Shown: positions 1 through 9,375 of the stretch, one piece after another
Layout of the letters: every line of letters starts with the position of its first letter
Numbering within the stretch: position 1 is the stretch's first letter
Origin: Candidatus Dojkabacteria bacterium
GTDB lineage: Bacteria > Patescibacteriota > Dojkabacteria > SC72
Assembly: GCA_050950145.1 (NCBI GenBank)
Contig: JBMNHB010000001.1
Span: 364,820-428,819, forward strand
DNA length: 64,000 nucleotides
Direction of reading: 5' to 3'
Notes under the pieces: model-generated
The model's input: only the letters and a program-made list of their open reading frames with translations
Told to the model about the DNA's origin: nothing
Databases searched by the model: none
Made by a program: the position numbers and the translations under genes

Positions 1-398
1 GAGTTTCCTTTGCTAATAAATCTAGCAACTGTCTCATCTTTCATTTCTTCTTTAAAGATAAAGAGAGAGTTTGGATATGATGGTATATCTCCAATACCAA
101 TAACATTCTCAGTTTTCATATCAGAAATAGAAGTTCCTTGTCTGATTCTTGTAACAAAAATAAATGTTAAATAGAGAAAACCTAAGAGTAAAGCAATTAA
201 GAAAAGAGCAAATATACCTCTCTGTAAACCTAATGAAAGTTTTACTTTTCCCCTATATCGTGTTTTATTCTTTTTAAATATTGTTTTCTTTCTTTTTTTC
301 CTTTCAATAATAGGATTAACAGTAGGTTTCTTAGGCATATACACTTTAGTGAAACTTGTCTTTCTATCTTTTCCTTTTTTCTTTTTGAATATAGACAT
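1..398 (-). CDS. Hypothetical membrane-anchored protein, truncated by window edge
   Basis: Manual translation from ATG at 398: Lys/Arg-rich N-terminus (MSIFKKKKGKDRK...), one hydrophobic segment (GIFALFLIALLLGFLYLTFIFV), open to position 1. Confidence 0.7.
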   Translation of the reverse strand, partial: MSIFKKKKGKDRKTSFTKVYMPKKPTVNPIIERKKRKKTIFKKNKTRYRGKVKLSLGLQRGIFALFLIALLLGFLYLTFIFVTRIRQGTSISDMKTENVIGIGDIPSYPNSLFIFKEEMKDETVARFISKGN

Positions 399-436
399 GA
401 TTAATATAATAGCATATTGTATAATATATACGTTCC

Positions 437-507
437 TGCGGGATCATCTAATGGTAGGATGCCGGTCTTTGAAGCCGAGAATCATGGTTCGAATCCATGT
501 CCCGCAA
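437..507 (+). tRNA. tRNA-Gln(TTG)
   Basis: Cloverleaf: acceptor TGCGGGA/TCCCGCA, D-loop TAATGGTA, anticodon loop CT-TTG-AA, T-loop TTCGAAT; CCA not encoded. Confidence 0.95.
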
Positions 508-513
508 TATCTT

Positions 514-780
514 TTATATATTCCTTAATCTTCTAAGTAATTCTGCTACCTTCTCCATAACATTTTTTAGTATGGGGTTTGTCTCATCTACAGGCATAAT
601 ATCATCTAGAAGGAGCTCTAAATCATCTTCAGATACTTCAATACTATGTGTGTCTTGTAAATTCTCCATAGCATATTGTAACTTTGAGGCTAAAATAGTG
701 TGTCCATTTATATCCCAATGAAAAGCATTATTTAAAGCAATAACCTCTTCTTTTGTTAATTGTAATATTCCTCTTTGCAT
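514..780 (-). CDS. Hypothetical protein (88 aa) directly downstream of uvrB
   Basis: ORF starts 5 bp after uvrB stop; protein-like acidic/helical composition. Confidence 0.7.
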   Translation of the reverse strand: MQRGILQLTKEEVIALNNAFHWDINGHTILASKLQYAMENLQDTHSIEVSEDDLELLLDDIMPVDETNPILKNVMEKVAELLRRLRNI

Positions 781-785
781 TTTAA

Positions 786-2747
786 TTACATACTCATTTT
801 AATTTCTTTTATCCTATCTCTTAATTCTGCAGCTTTCTCAAACAGTAATCTATCAGCTGCAATAAGCATATCTTGATTAAGTTCTTTAATTAACATCTTT
901 TTCTGTCTCTCATCCATCTTTTCAACTTCAATATCTGCATCTTCTCTGTCTTCCTCTGTTTCAACAAGTCTTCCTCTAATCTCCTTTGTTATACTTTTAG
1001 GAGTAATATTATGCTTTTTGTTGTATTCCTCTTGATATTTCCTTCTTCTATTAGTTTCATCAATTGCATATTTCATACTTTCGGTTACAGTATCTGCATA
1101 CATAATAACTCTTCCTTCTACATGTCTAGCAGCTCTACCAATTGTTTGAATTAAGCTGGTCTTTGATCTTAAGAACCCCTCTTTATCTGCATCCAGTATT
1201 ATTACAAGAGAGACTTCTGGTAGATCAATACCTTCCCTAAGTAGATTTATACCAACTACAACATCATATTCTCCTAATCTTAAATCTCGTAGGATATCAA
1301 CTCTTTCAATAGTATCAATATCTGAATGAATATATTGTACCTTGATATCAATATCTTTAAGATAATCAGTTAAATCTTCTGCAAATCTCTTTGTTAATGT
1401 AGTGACTAATACTCTCTGTCCTTTCTCTGTATTTTTTCTAATTTCATTAATTACATCATCTATCTGATTTAGGGTTGGTCTTACTTCTAAATGTGGGTCT
1501 AGAAGCCCTGTAGGCCTTGTTAGAAGCTCTGTTACTTGCATATTGCTGTCTTGTAGTTCCCAATCAGAAGGAGTTGCAGACATATACAGTGTTGTTCCCT
1601 GCTTTTTCCTAAATTCTTCAAAATTCAACGGTCTATTATCTCTTGCTGTTGGTAACCTAAACCCATGTTCTATCAAATTATCCTTTCTTACTCTATCACC
1701 ATTGTACATTCCCCCAATCTGAGGAATTGTAATATGTGACTCATCAATGAAAAGGAGGTAATCTTCGGGAAAATAGTCAAGAAGAGTGTAGGGTGGTTCT
1801 CCAGATTTCCTACCATCAAAATATATACTGTAGTTCTCCATACTTTTACAGTAACCAACCTCTTGTAACATCTCAATATCGTAGTTAGTCTTTTGTTCTA
1901 ACCTTTGAGCTTCTAGCTCTTTACCAATATTTCTTAAAAAAGCTACTCTCTGTTCTAAATCCTTTTTAATATTTCCAATTGCATTATCAATCACCTCTTT
2001 AGAATATACTAACGATGTTGCAGGAAATATTAAGATCTCTTTTTCTTCAGTTATTCTTCTCTTTGAAATTGGGTCCACCTTACTAATTCTTTCAACAGTA
2101 TTACCAAAAAGTTCAATTCTAATTGAGACATCATCATATGGAGGAAATATCTCTAAAATATCTCCATTTATTCTAAAAACACCATTTGTAAAATCAAAAG
2201 TATCTCTCTCATACCTCATATTCACCAACTCTAAAGCAACATCTGAGAGCTCAATCTTCTGTCCAATATAGAAAGAGATAGATCTGTTCTCATAGTTCTC
2301 TGGCTGACCGATATTGTAAATACATGATACAGATGCAACTACCACAGTATCCCTCCTTGTAAGTATTGCATTCATTGCTCCAAATCTTAAATTCTCAATC
2401 TCTTTGTTAACCTCAGATTCTTTCTCAATGTAAAGATCTCTAGCAGGAATATATGCTTCTGGTTGGTAGTAATCGTAGTAAGAAACAAAGTATTTAACAG
2501 CATTCTCTGGAAAAAACTCTTTTAGTTCTTCATATAGTTGTGCAGCAAGCGTTTTGTTATGTGAAATTATCAATGTAGGTCTGTTTAACCTTTCAATAAT
2601 ATTAGCCATTACAAATGTTTTTCCTGAACCAGTAACACCAAGAAGAGTTTGTTTAGGATGAGTATTAATATTTTCAATAATTTTCTCTACTGCACTCTGC
2701 TGATCAGGAGAAGTTTTGTATTTAGAAATGAGATTAAAGGTTTCCAT
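786..2747 (-). CDS. uvrB: Excinuclease ABC subunit B
   Basis: GVTGSGKT Walker A, YYDYYQPEAY beta-hairpin, DESH, QTIGRAAR, C-terminal UVR motif FEKAAELRD; start placed at second Met. Confidence 0.98.
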   Translation of the reverse strand: METFNLISKYKTSPDQQSAVEKIIENINTHPKQTLLGVTGSGKTFVMANIIERLNRPTLIISHNKTLAAQLYEELKEFFPENAVKYFVSYYDYYQPEAYIPARDLYIEKESEVNKEIENLRFGAMNAILTRRDTVVVASVSCIYNIGQPENYENRSISFYIGQKIELSDVALELVNMRYERDTFDFTNGVFRINGDILEIFPPYDDVSIRIELFGNTVERISKVDPISKRRITEEKEILIFPATSLVYSKEVIDNAIGNIKKDLEQRVAFLRNIGKELEAQRLEQKTNYDIEMLQEVGYCKSMENYSIYFDGRKSGEPPYTLLDYFPEDYLLFIDESHITIPQIGGMYNGDRVRKDNLIEHGFRLPTARDNRPLNFEEFRKKQGTTLYMSATPSDWELQDSNMQVTELLTRPTGLLDPHLEVRPTLNQIDDVINEIRKNTEKGQRVLVTTLTKRFAEDLTDYLKDIDIKVQYIHSDIDTIERVDILRDLRLGEYDVVVGINLLREGIDLPEVSLVIILDADKEGFLRSKTSLIQTIGRAARHVEGRVIMYADTVTESMKYAIDETNRRRKYQEEYNKKHNITPKSITKEIRGRLVETEEDREDADIEVEKMDERQKKMLIKELNQDMLIAADRLLFEKAAELRDRIKEIKMSM

Positions 2748-2792
2748 TCTCACATATTCTACCAAATATATTAATATGTTAGAATGTATATT

Positions 2793-4643
2793 ATGGCAAG
2801 TGTAAAGTTAAACAGACTATCAGAGGATGTTGTAAGACAGATTGCAGCTGGAGAGGTAATTGAAAGGCCAGCATCTGTTGTAAAAGAATTAGTTGACAAC
2901 TCAATTGATGCTAGTGCAAGTAAGATTACAGTTAAAGTTAAGAATGGTGGTATTGACCTAATTGAAGTCTCTGATGATGGTATTGGTATTCCAAAAGAGA
3001 ATCTAGAAGGTATTTTTGAATCACATACAACCTCTAAGTTAAGTAATATTGAAGACTTAAACACACTTCTTAGTATGGGTTTTAGAGGTGAAGCTCTTCC
3101 TACAATTACTTCTGTAGCAAAGGTTAGAACAGAATCAAAGTATGAAGGTGAAGAGAAAGCAAATGCAATATTTTTTAATGAAGAAGGTGTTGCAGAGATA
3201 TCAACAGTAGCAAAAGAGAAAGGTACTACAGTGAAAGTAGAGAATCTTTTTTACAATATTCCTGTTAGAGCAAAGTATCTTAAAACAGCAAATACAGAGT
3301 ACAGGAAGATATATGAGTTGTTGAATAGGTATTTCTTAATATATCCAAATATCTCTTTTGTTTTAGAAAAAGATGGAAAAACAGTTGTTAATATCAAATC
3401 TATTCCGAATTCTAAACCAGGTGAAATTATCGAACAGAGAGTCAATGAAGTTTTAGGAAAAGAATTCAGTGATTCAATGCTTAAACTTTTCTATGATGGT
3501 TCTGGTACAAAAATTACTGGCTTTATCTCACACCCTTCAAAACATGTTACAAAAACTGGTAATCAATATATTTTCATTAACAACAGACCAATTACAGATA
3601 GAGGGATTGTTAGATCGATTATGGAAGGATACTCTAGGTATATTCCATTTGGGCAAAAAATTGATTTTGTTGTAAATATTAATATTAAACCAGAACTAGT
3701 TGATGTAAATGTTCATCCAAGAAAGGAAGAAGTTAGGTTTGAGAACCCATTTAGAATATATTCTGCTATAGAGGAAGCTGTTAGACATACTTTAGAGAAA
3801 AGTCTTTCCTACAGAAAAGAAAAAACTGAAGAAGTAGGGCAGGTTGGAGGAGGTGTTGATTTTCAGTCAATGAGAGACACCTACAATACCAAAGGATCTA
3901 AACCTTCTTTTTCTAGTACTACTGGTTCTAGAGATATTAAACAGTATCAACAACAATCATTGTATTCACAAAACAAATCAGCATCTGTTAGAGATAGCAT
4001 AATGTTTTCAAAAGAACTATTCAAAGAAATTGAACCAGTTGAAGATATTCAAGAACAGGAAAGGGATGATATTAGATCAATGTTTCAAGTCTTCAATAAG
4101 TATGTTGTTATTGAATTTATTGATGAAAAACTCTGGGTAATTGATCAACATGCAGCAGCAGAGAGAATTAATTTTGAAAGACTGTCAGATAGAGAAGAAA
4201 ACAGAAAAACACTACAGAATCTTCTTGTTCCTACAAATATTAAATTCTCATCTAATCAACTACTTTTCTTAGAAGAGTCAAAAGAATTCTTTAATGATTT
4301 AGGTTTTGTGTATTCGGTTGAAAAAGATTCAATTAATATACAAACAGTTCCTGCAGAATATGCAGAATCTGATTTTGAAAAGATTTTCTTAGATATATTT
4401 GAACTTGAAGATGATATTGAACTTCTTAAAAAGAACTACAAGAAAAGAAAAGAGGATTTACTAGCAACAATTGCTTGTCATGGAAGTATTAGGGCTGGTC
4501 AGAAACTAGCATATGAAGAGATGTTAAATCTCTTTAGAAGCTTAAAGAGTTGTAAAAATCCATACAGTTGTCCTCATGGAAGACCTATTGTATGGAAGAT
4601 GACATTAAGTGAGATAGATTCACATTTTGAAAGGACATACTAA
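2793..4643 (+). CDS. mutL: DNA mismatch repair endonuclease MutL
   Basis: IAAGEVIERPASVVKELVDN, GFRGEAL, DVNVHP, endonuclease motif DQHAAAERINFE, ACH and CPHGRP. Confidence 0.98.
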   Translation: MASVKLNRLSEDVVRQIAAGEVIERPASVVKELVDNSIDASASKITVKVKNGGIDLIEVSDDGIGIPKENLEGIFESHTTSKLSNIEDLNTLLSMGFRGEALPTITSVAKVRTESKYEGEEKANAIFFNEEGVAEISTVAKEKGTTVKVENLFYNIPVRAKYLKTANTEYRKIYELLNRYFLIYPNISFVLEKDGKTVVNIKSIPNSKPGEIIEQRVNEVLGKEFSDSMLKLFYDGSGTKITGFISHPSKHVTKTGNQYIFINNRPITDRGIVRSIMEGYSRYIPFGQKIDFVVNINIKPELVDVNVHPRKEEVRFENPFRIYSAIEEAVRHTLEKSLSYRKEKTEEVGQVGGGVDFQSMRDTYNTKGSKPSFSSTTGSRDIKQYQQQSLYSQNKSASVRDSIMFSKELFKEIEPVEDIQEQERDDIRSMFQVFNKYVVIEFIDEKLWVIDQHAAAERINFERLSDREENRKTLQNLLVPTNIKFSSNQLLFLEESKEFFNDLGFVYSVEKDSINIQTVPAEYAESDFEKIFLDIFELEDDIELLKKNYKKRKEDLLATIACHGSIRAGQKLAYEEMLNLFRSLKSCKNPYSCPHGRPIVWKMTLSEIDSHFERTY

Positions 4644-5905
4644 TGGGAGTATTTATCGGTTCAATACCAAATAACACAGAAGAAGATGTTAAACTAGCTA
4701 CAGATATTCTTAAAGGTAATATCCGTACAAAAAATGCAAGAAGAAATCTAGAAAGAAAGTTTCAGGATATATTTCCTAAAAAAGATGTTTTTCTTTTTAA
4801 CAGAGGAAGAGAAGCAATGCATTTTCTTTATCAAAATATTCCCTTACAGAAAGATGATGAGGTAATCTTACAAGCATTTACATGTATAGCTGTAGTTGTA
4901 CCTATACTTTGGAGTAAAGCAAAACCTGTTTTTGTTGATATGAAGAGAGAAACATTTAATATTGATCTTGAGAAACTTAAAGAAGTAATTACACCTAAAA
5001 CAAAAGTTATTGTTGTTCAACATACATTTGGAAATCTTGTTAATATGGAGGAAGTTAGAAAAATTGTTGACGAAGAAAACAACAAGAGAGAGGACAACAA
5101 GAAGATCCTTCTACTTGAAGATTGTGCTCACCTTTTTGATAGTACAAACAAAGATTTGGGTAAATATTCAGATGCTTTTTTCTTTAGTTTTGCGCAAGAC
5201 AAGGTAATTAGTTGTACACAAGGAGCTCTGTTAGTGATGAATCACACCTTTAAGTTGAAGAATAATTTAGTAGAGAAATATGGAAAGGTTGATGGAATGC
5301 CAGAAAAAGATGCTCTTTACAATGCAAAATACATTACTCTTTGGGATAGGATAAAGAAATATTACTTTACAGTAGATATTCCTTTCTTGAAATTTAGTAT
5401 TGGAAAGTTGCTTCTTGTGATATATAGATTATTTGGTTTAATTAAAAGACAGGCATCAAGTAACAGTACAGAGTTTGAAGGGATTTACAAACTAAGTGAT
5501 GTACAAGCTAAGTTGTTAGATCAACAGTTAGAAAGAATAGAAGAATTTAATGAACATAGGAGAAATATCTCAAAAATATATACAGAAGGATTAAAAGAAA
5601 GTTTTAAGTTTAAAGTAATAGAAGAACTTTCTACAATGTTAAGATATCCTATTCTCTTACAAAACCCAGAGCAAGTAAAAGAAGAATTAAGAAAGATTAA
5701 AGTTATAGCTGGTAGATGGTACACAACACCAGTATTTCCAATTAGTATAGAAAACCTTCATACTGTAGGATACGAAAAAGGAAGCTGTACAGAAGCAGAG
5801 TTTTGTTGTAGAAATATTATCAACCTACCAACAAATATTGAAGTTACAGAAGATATTGCTAGGAATATTGTTTGGATTATTAACTCTGTTGGGAAAGAAA
5901 TTTAA
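4643..5905 (+). CDS. DegT/DnrJ/EryC1/StrS family PLP-dependent aminotransferase
   Basis: QHTFG, LEDCAH, FSFAQDK (Schiff-base Lys), INLPT; overlaps mutL stop (TAATG). Confidence 0.88.
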   Translation: MGVFIGSIPNNTEEDVKLATDILKGNIRTKNARRNLERKFQDIFPKKDVFLFNRGREAMHFLYQNIPLQKDDEVILQAFTCIAVVVPILWSKAKPVFVDMKRETFNIDLEKLKEVITPKTKVIVVQHTFGNLVNMEEVRKIVDEENNKREDNKKILLLEDCAHLFDSTNKDLGKYSDAFFFSFAQDKVISCTQGALLVMNHTFKLKNNLVEKYGKVDGMPEKDALYNAKYITLWDRIKKYYFTVDIPFLKFSIGKLLLVIYRLFGLIKRQASSNSTEFEGIYKLSDVQAKLLDQQLERIEEFNEHRRNISKIYTEGLKESFKFKVIEELSTMLRYPILLQNPEQVKEELRKIKVIAGRWYTTPVFPISIENLHTVGYEKGSCTEAEFCCRNIINLPTNIEVTEDIARNIVWIINSVGKEI

Positions 5906-5922
5906 ATTGAGAAAATATTGAA

Positions 5923-6981
5923 ATGGAGCTTACATTTAAACAGATAGAGGATGATAAGGAATGGGATAGCTATGTCTTTGCTATGTCAAACTACTCATTT
6001 CTTAATAGTAGTGCAAGATATACTTACAACAAGAATGTAGGTATTGAGACATTTAGATATGCAATATTTAAGAAAAATGAGTTAAAAGGAATAATTACTG
6101 GTAATATTGGTAATTCAAAGCTTTTTGGTAAATTCTTAGAATGCAAACACTCACCCATGTTATTAGATGGTACAAAAGAAGAATGGGGAAAAGTTACTGA
6201 CTTTCTTAAAAACCTTGCTAAAGAAAACAGTTGTTTTATGCTTAGATTCTCTCCTTTACTAACAGAGAATGAGCTACTAGCAGAGTTCTATGAAGAAAAC
6301 GGATTTATCAAGGCTCCTACTCACAATGTGGACGCTTTAATCTCTCAACAGATGGATTTAAGTAAATCATTAGAGGAATTAAGAAGAGAGATGAACAAAA
6401 CGAGGAGGAATTTGTTAAATAGACTCCTTGAGAATAAAGATGTTACTGTGAAGATATTAACAGGAAAGGAAGTGTTTGATGATTTTGCAAGATTTCATGA
6501 TGAGACAGTTAAGTTTAAAGGTTATGTAGACAAACCAACAAAACTTCTTATGAAAGAACTTGAAGAACAACAGAGAAGAGGTATGTGTTATATGGTAGCT
6601 GCATATTATGAAGATAAACCTTTCTCTATCTGGCAAAATACAGTATATGGTGATAATATGCATCTCTATCAGGCAGGAGCATCAACAGATTTTAGATTGA
6701 ATAACTTAATGGTAACAACATTACTCTTCTGGAAGAGTCTAGAATTAGGAAAAGAACTAGGGCTTAAAACATATGATTTGTTTGGTGGTGTTGTACCAAA
6801 TAGTTTTGAGAACAAAAAACATCCATGGAGAGGTGTAAGCGAGTTTAAGAGAAGTCTAGGAGGAATAAAGGTAACATATATGCATAGTAGAGACTATCCA
6901 TTAAACAAAGTTAAATATTATCTCTACTATGTCTACTCAACAATCAGGACAAAGATGAAAGGACATACAACAGATTGGTAA
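5923..6981 (+). CDS. FemAB/MurM-family peptidoglycan bridge peptidyltransferase (GNAT fold)
   Basis: MDLSKSLEELRREMNKTRR, YQAGAS, YDLFG, GVSEFKRSLGG motifs typical of FemABX. Confidence 0.85.
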   Translation: MELTFKQIEDDKEWDSYVFAMSNYSFLNSSARYTYNKNVGIETFRYAIFKKNELKGIITGNIGNSKLFGKFLECKHSPMLLDGTKEEWGKVTDFLKNLAKENSCFMLRFSPLLTENELLAEFYEENGFIKAPTHNVDALISQQMDLSKSLEELRREMNKTRRNLLNRLLENKDVTVKILTGKEVFDDFARFHDETVKFKGYVDKPTKLLMKELEEQQRRGMCYMVAAYYEDKPFSIWQNTVYGDNMHLYQAGASTDFRLNNLMVTTLLFWKSLELGKELGLKTYDLFGGVVPNSFENKKHPWRGVSEFKRSLGGIKVTYMHSRDYPLNKVKYYLYYVYSTIRTKMKGHTTDW

Positions 6982-7009
6982 TACAAAACTATATAGTAAA
7001 ATAGAAGAA

Positions 7010-8737
7010 TTACCAACTACCACCACCTCCACCGCCTCCGCCACCACCACTAAATCCACCTCCACCAAATCCACTTCCACCACTACTAAAACCACCACCA
7101 CTTTGGAAGGCAGGAGTTGTTATCCCTCTGTTAACACTAGAGATAGAATGCATTAGCATATGTACATCAAATGCTGAGATATCTCCTCTATACCAATCAG
7201 GTTGTTCAGTATATATCTCCTCAAACTCTTTTATCCATTTCTTTTCTAAACCGAACAGTATTGCATAAGGTAGCAACTTTTCAAAAACCCCCTGATATTT
7301 TTTTGGATTATTATGAAATTCTATACGGTGCTTCTCTGCTGTTTTAATATACATCTTTAATCCTTGCAATTCATGATAAACCTTGTTCCCTTCTTCTGTT
7401 CTACTATCTAAGAGGAAACTCATTATAAATATTGGGAGACTGGTTATAAGTATAATTGCACCAGCAACACCAAAACCCATCATTGATAGAAATGCTATTC
7501 CCATAACATTACCTATGAATAATATAATGGCAAATGCAATTACGAATGCTGATATAGTAGCTTTCTTTTTATCAAGATAGTTGTGTGCTTCAGTATCCCT
7601 CTTTGTCTGATCCCAAATATTCTTAGCTTCTGTTCCTAATGAAGATGTTTTCTTTTTAGTATTAATTTCATTAGATGAAGAGAATAGAGCATCTAAAAGT
7701 AGTTGTGATGAAACAGGACTTATTGCTTTCTCAGAGTTGATTTTTCGTAGAACATATTCTTTTCTATCTATCTGTTCTATTTCAATATGACCGTTTACTG
7801 CTAGATTTATTATCTCAGCAGTAATTACCTTTGGTGTAGGAACACCTTTGGAAAGTAAGTAACCACTAATTAGAGGATTTATCCCTTTAGGAGGAGTATA
7901 GTGGGGGATTATTGTTAACTTTGGGCTCCTTATCTTTTTAAATACTGTAAAGAAGAAAATCGGAATAAGAAGAAGAGCAAAGAGACTAAAAGTATTAACT
8001 TTTTTGATACGAATATTCTCCGCCTCTCTAACATCTTCAATAGAGCCTTTTGGCATAGCTATTGCAATTGTTACAGCCTCATTACTGTTTAATGTTTCCT
8101 TATTTGATAGTGATAAGCTTGTATCGGATAGAGGTGTGAATTCACAATTTGATCCTTTTTCTCCATATCTACCAGTATAACAAACAGTATTTTCAATTTT
8201 ACCTGGAAGGCTGATTGTTGCTTGCACTTTTTCAATAGGGACGACCCAACCTGTACCTATTATATTCCAGTATAATTCATCGTGGTCTTCAAAATAGTTT
8301 ATCCCATTCTTAACGGTATAATCTATTTCATAGATATATAATCCCTGTATCGTTTTCTCAGCATCTCCAATTTTGATATTAACCTCTTTACCAAAATCTG
8401 TTTCCTTTTCGTAGGAAGTAGAAACAGCAGAGCTATCTGTACTAGGATAGTACTTAATAGAATTAATTTTTATACTAGTAGGTGTTTTAAGTGCATTTCC
8501 TTGCTCTCTTTTGTTTATCGGTATAGTTCTGTAAATACCATGTTTAGGTAATGGGAAATAGTAATGAATCTTCTCATTTATTCGTATATCTGTATTTTCT
8601 TCAAGAGTAAGATTAACCTCAAATAACTGGATTTTTTCTTCTCCAATGAAATCATAATCTTGAGCATGTATAGGAGATACATTAAAGAAAACAACTATAC
8701 ACAAAAAGCCAAGTATTATACTTAGTAATCTTTTCAT
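7010..8737 (-). CDS. DUF2207 (YciQ-like) membrane protein
   Basis: HGIYRTIP, ELYWNIIG.GW, FEKLLPYAILFG, Gly-rich C-terminus ending GGGSW; adjacent to lemA. Confidence 0.9.
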   Translation of the reverse strand: MKRLLSIILGFLCIVVFFNVSPIHAQDYDFIGEEKIQLFEVNLTLEENTDIRINEKIHYYFPLPKHGIYRTIPINKREQGNALKTPTSIKINSIKYYPSTDSSAVSTSYEKETDFGKEVNIKIGDAEKTIQGLYIYEIDYTVKNGINYFEDHDELYWNIIGTGWVVPIEKVQATISLPGKIENTVCYTGRYGEKGSNCEFTPLSDTSLSLSNKETLNSNEAVTIAIAMPKGSIEDVREAENIRIKKVNTFSLFALLLIPIFFFTVFKKIRSPKLTIIPHYTPPKGINPLISGYLLSKGVPTPKVITAEIINLAVNGHIEIEQIDRKEYVLRKINSEKAISPVSSQLLLDALFSSSNEINTKKKTSSLGTEAKNIWDQTKRDTEAHNYLDKKKATISAFVIAFAIILFIGNVMGIAFLSMMGFGVAGAIILITSLPIFIMSFLLDSRTEEGNKVYHELQGLKMYIKTAEKHRIEFHNNPKKYQGVFEKLLPYAILFGLEKKWIKEFEEIYTEQPDWYRGDISAFDVHMLMHSISSVNRGITTPAFQSGGGFSSGGSGFGGGGFSGGGGGGGGGGSW

Positions 8738-8745
8738 ATATTCTC

Positions 8746-9294
8746 TTAGAATTTTACTTCAACATTCTTTTGCTCTTCTTCAGAAGCCTCAAAGAACTCT
8801 ACCTTCTTGTATCCAAACATTTGAGCAATTAAGTTTGTTGGGAATACAGCTATTGCTGTGTTGAAATCTCTTGCTGCGCCATTGTAGTATCTTCTAGATT
8901 TCTGAATATTCTCCTCCAACTCTTTCAATGTAGTCTGAAGTTCCATAAAGTTTGCATTTGCTTTAAGATCAGGGTAGTTTTCCGCGACTGCAAATAATTT
9001 AGAGATAGCACTTGATAATCCTTCCTCTATCTTCATCTTTTCAGGCAGACTTCCTGCCTCCATTGCTTTTGTTCTCATCTCTGTAACTTTTTCTAGAGTA
9101 GAACTTTCGTGTTTTGCATATCCTTTAACAGTTTCAACAAGATTAGGAATCATGTCATATCTCTGTTTCAGGAAGGTTTCAATATCCGAAGATGCCTCCT
9201 CAACCATAACTTTTAATTTTGCCAGCTTGTTAAACACTGTAACAAAAGCAATCGCAATTAACACGACAATACCAAGGATTATGTATAGTATCAT
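8746..9294 (-). CDS. lemA: LemA family protein
   Basis: N-terminal TM, RYDMIPNLVETVKGYAKHE, AENYPDLKAN, RRYYN, FPTN. Confidence 0.95.
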   Translation of the reverse strand: MILYIILGIVVLIAIAFVTVFNKLAKLKVMVEEASSDIETFLKQRYDMIPNLVETVKGYAKHESSTLEKVTEMRTKAMEAGSLPEKMKIEEGLSSAISKLFAVAENYPDLKANANFMELQTTLKELEENIQKSRRYYNGAARDFNTAIAVFPTNLIAQMFGYKKVEFFEASEEEQKNVEVKF

Positions 9295-9375
9295 ATTTTT
9301 TTAAATAAATAATTTAGATAATAAATATTATATAAATTTTATTCCAATGTCTAGAGAGATTAACAAAATAAAGAG

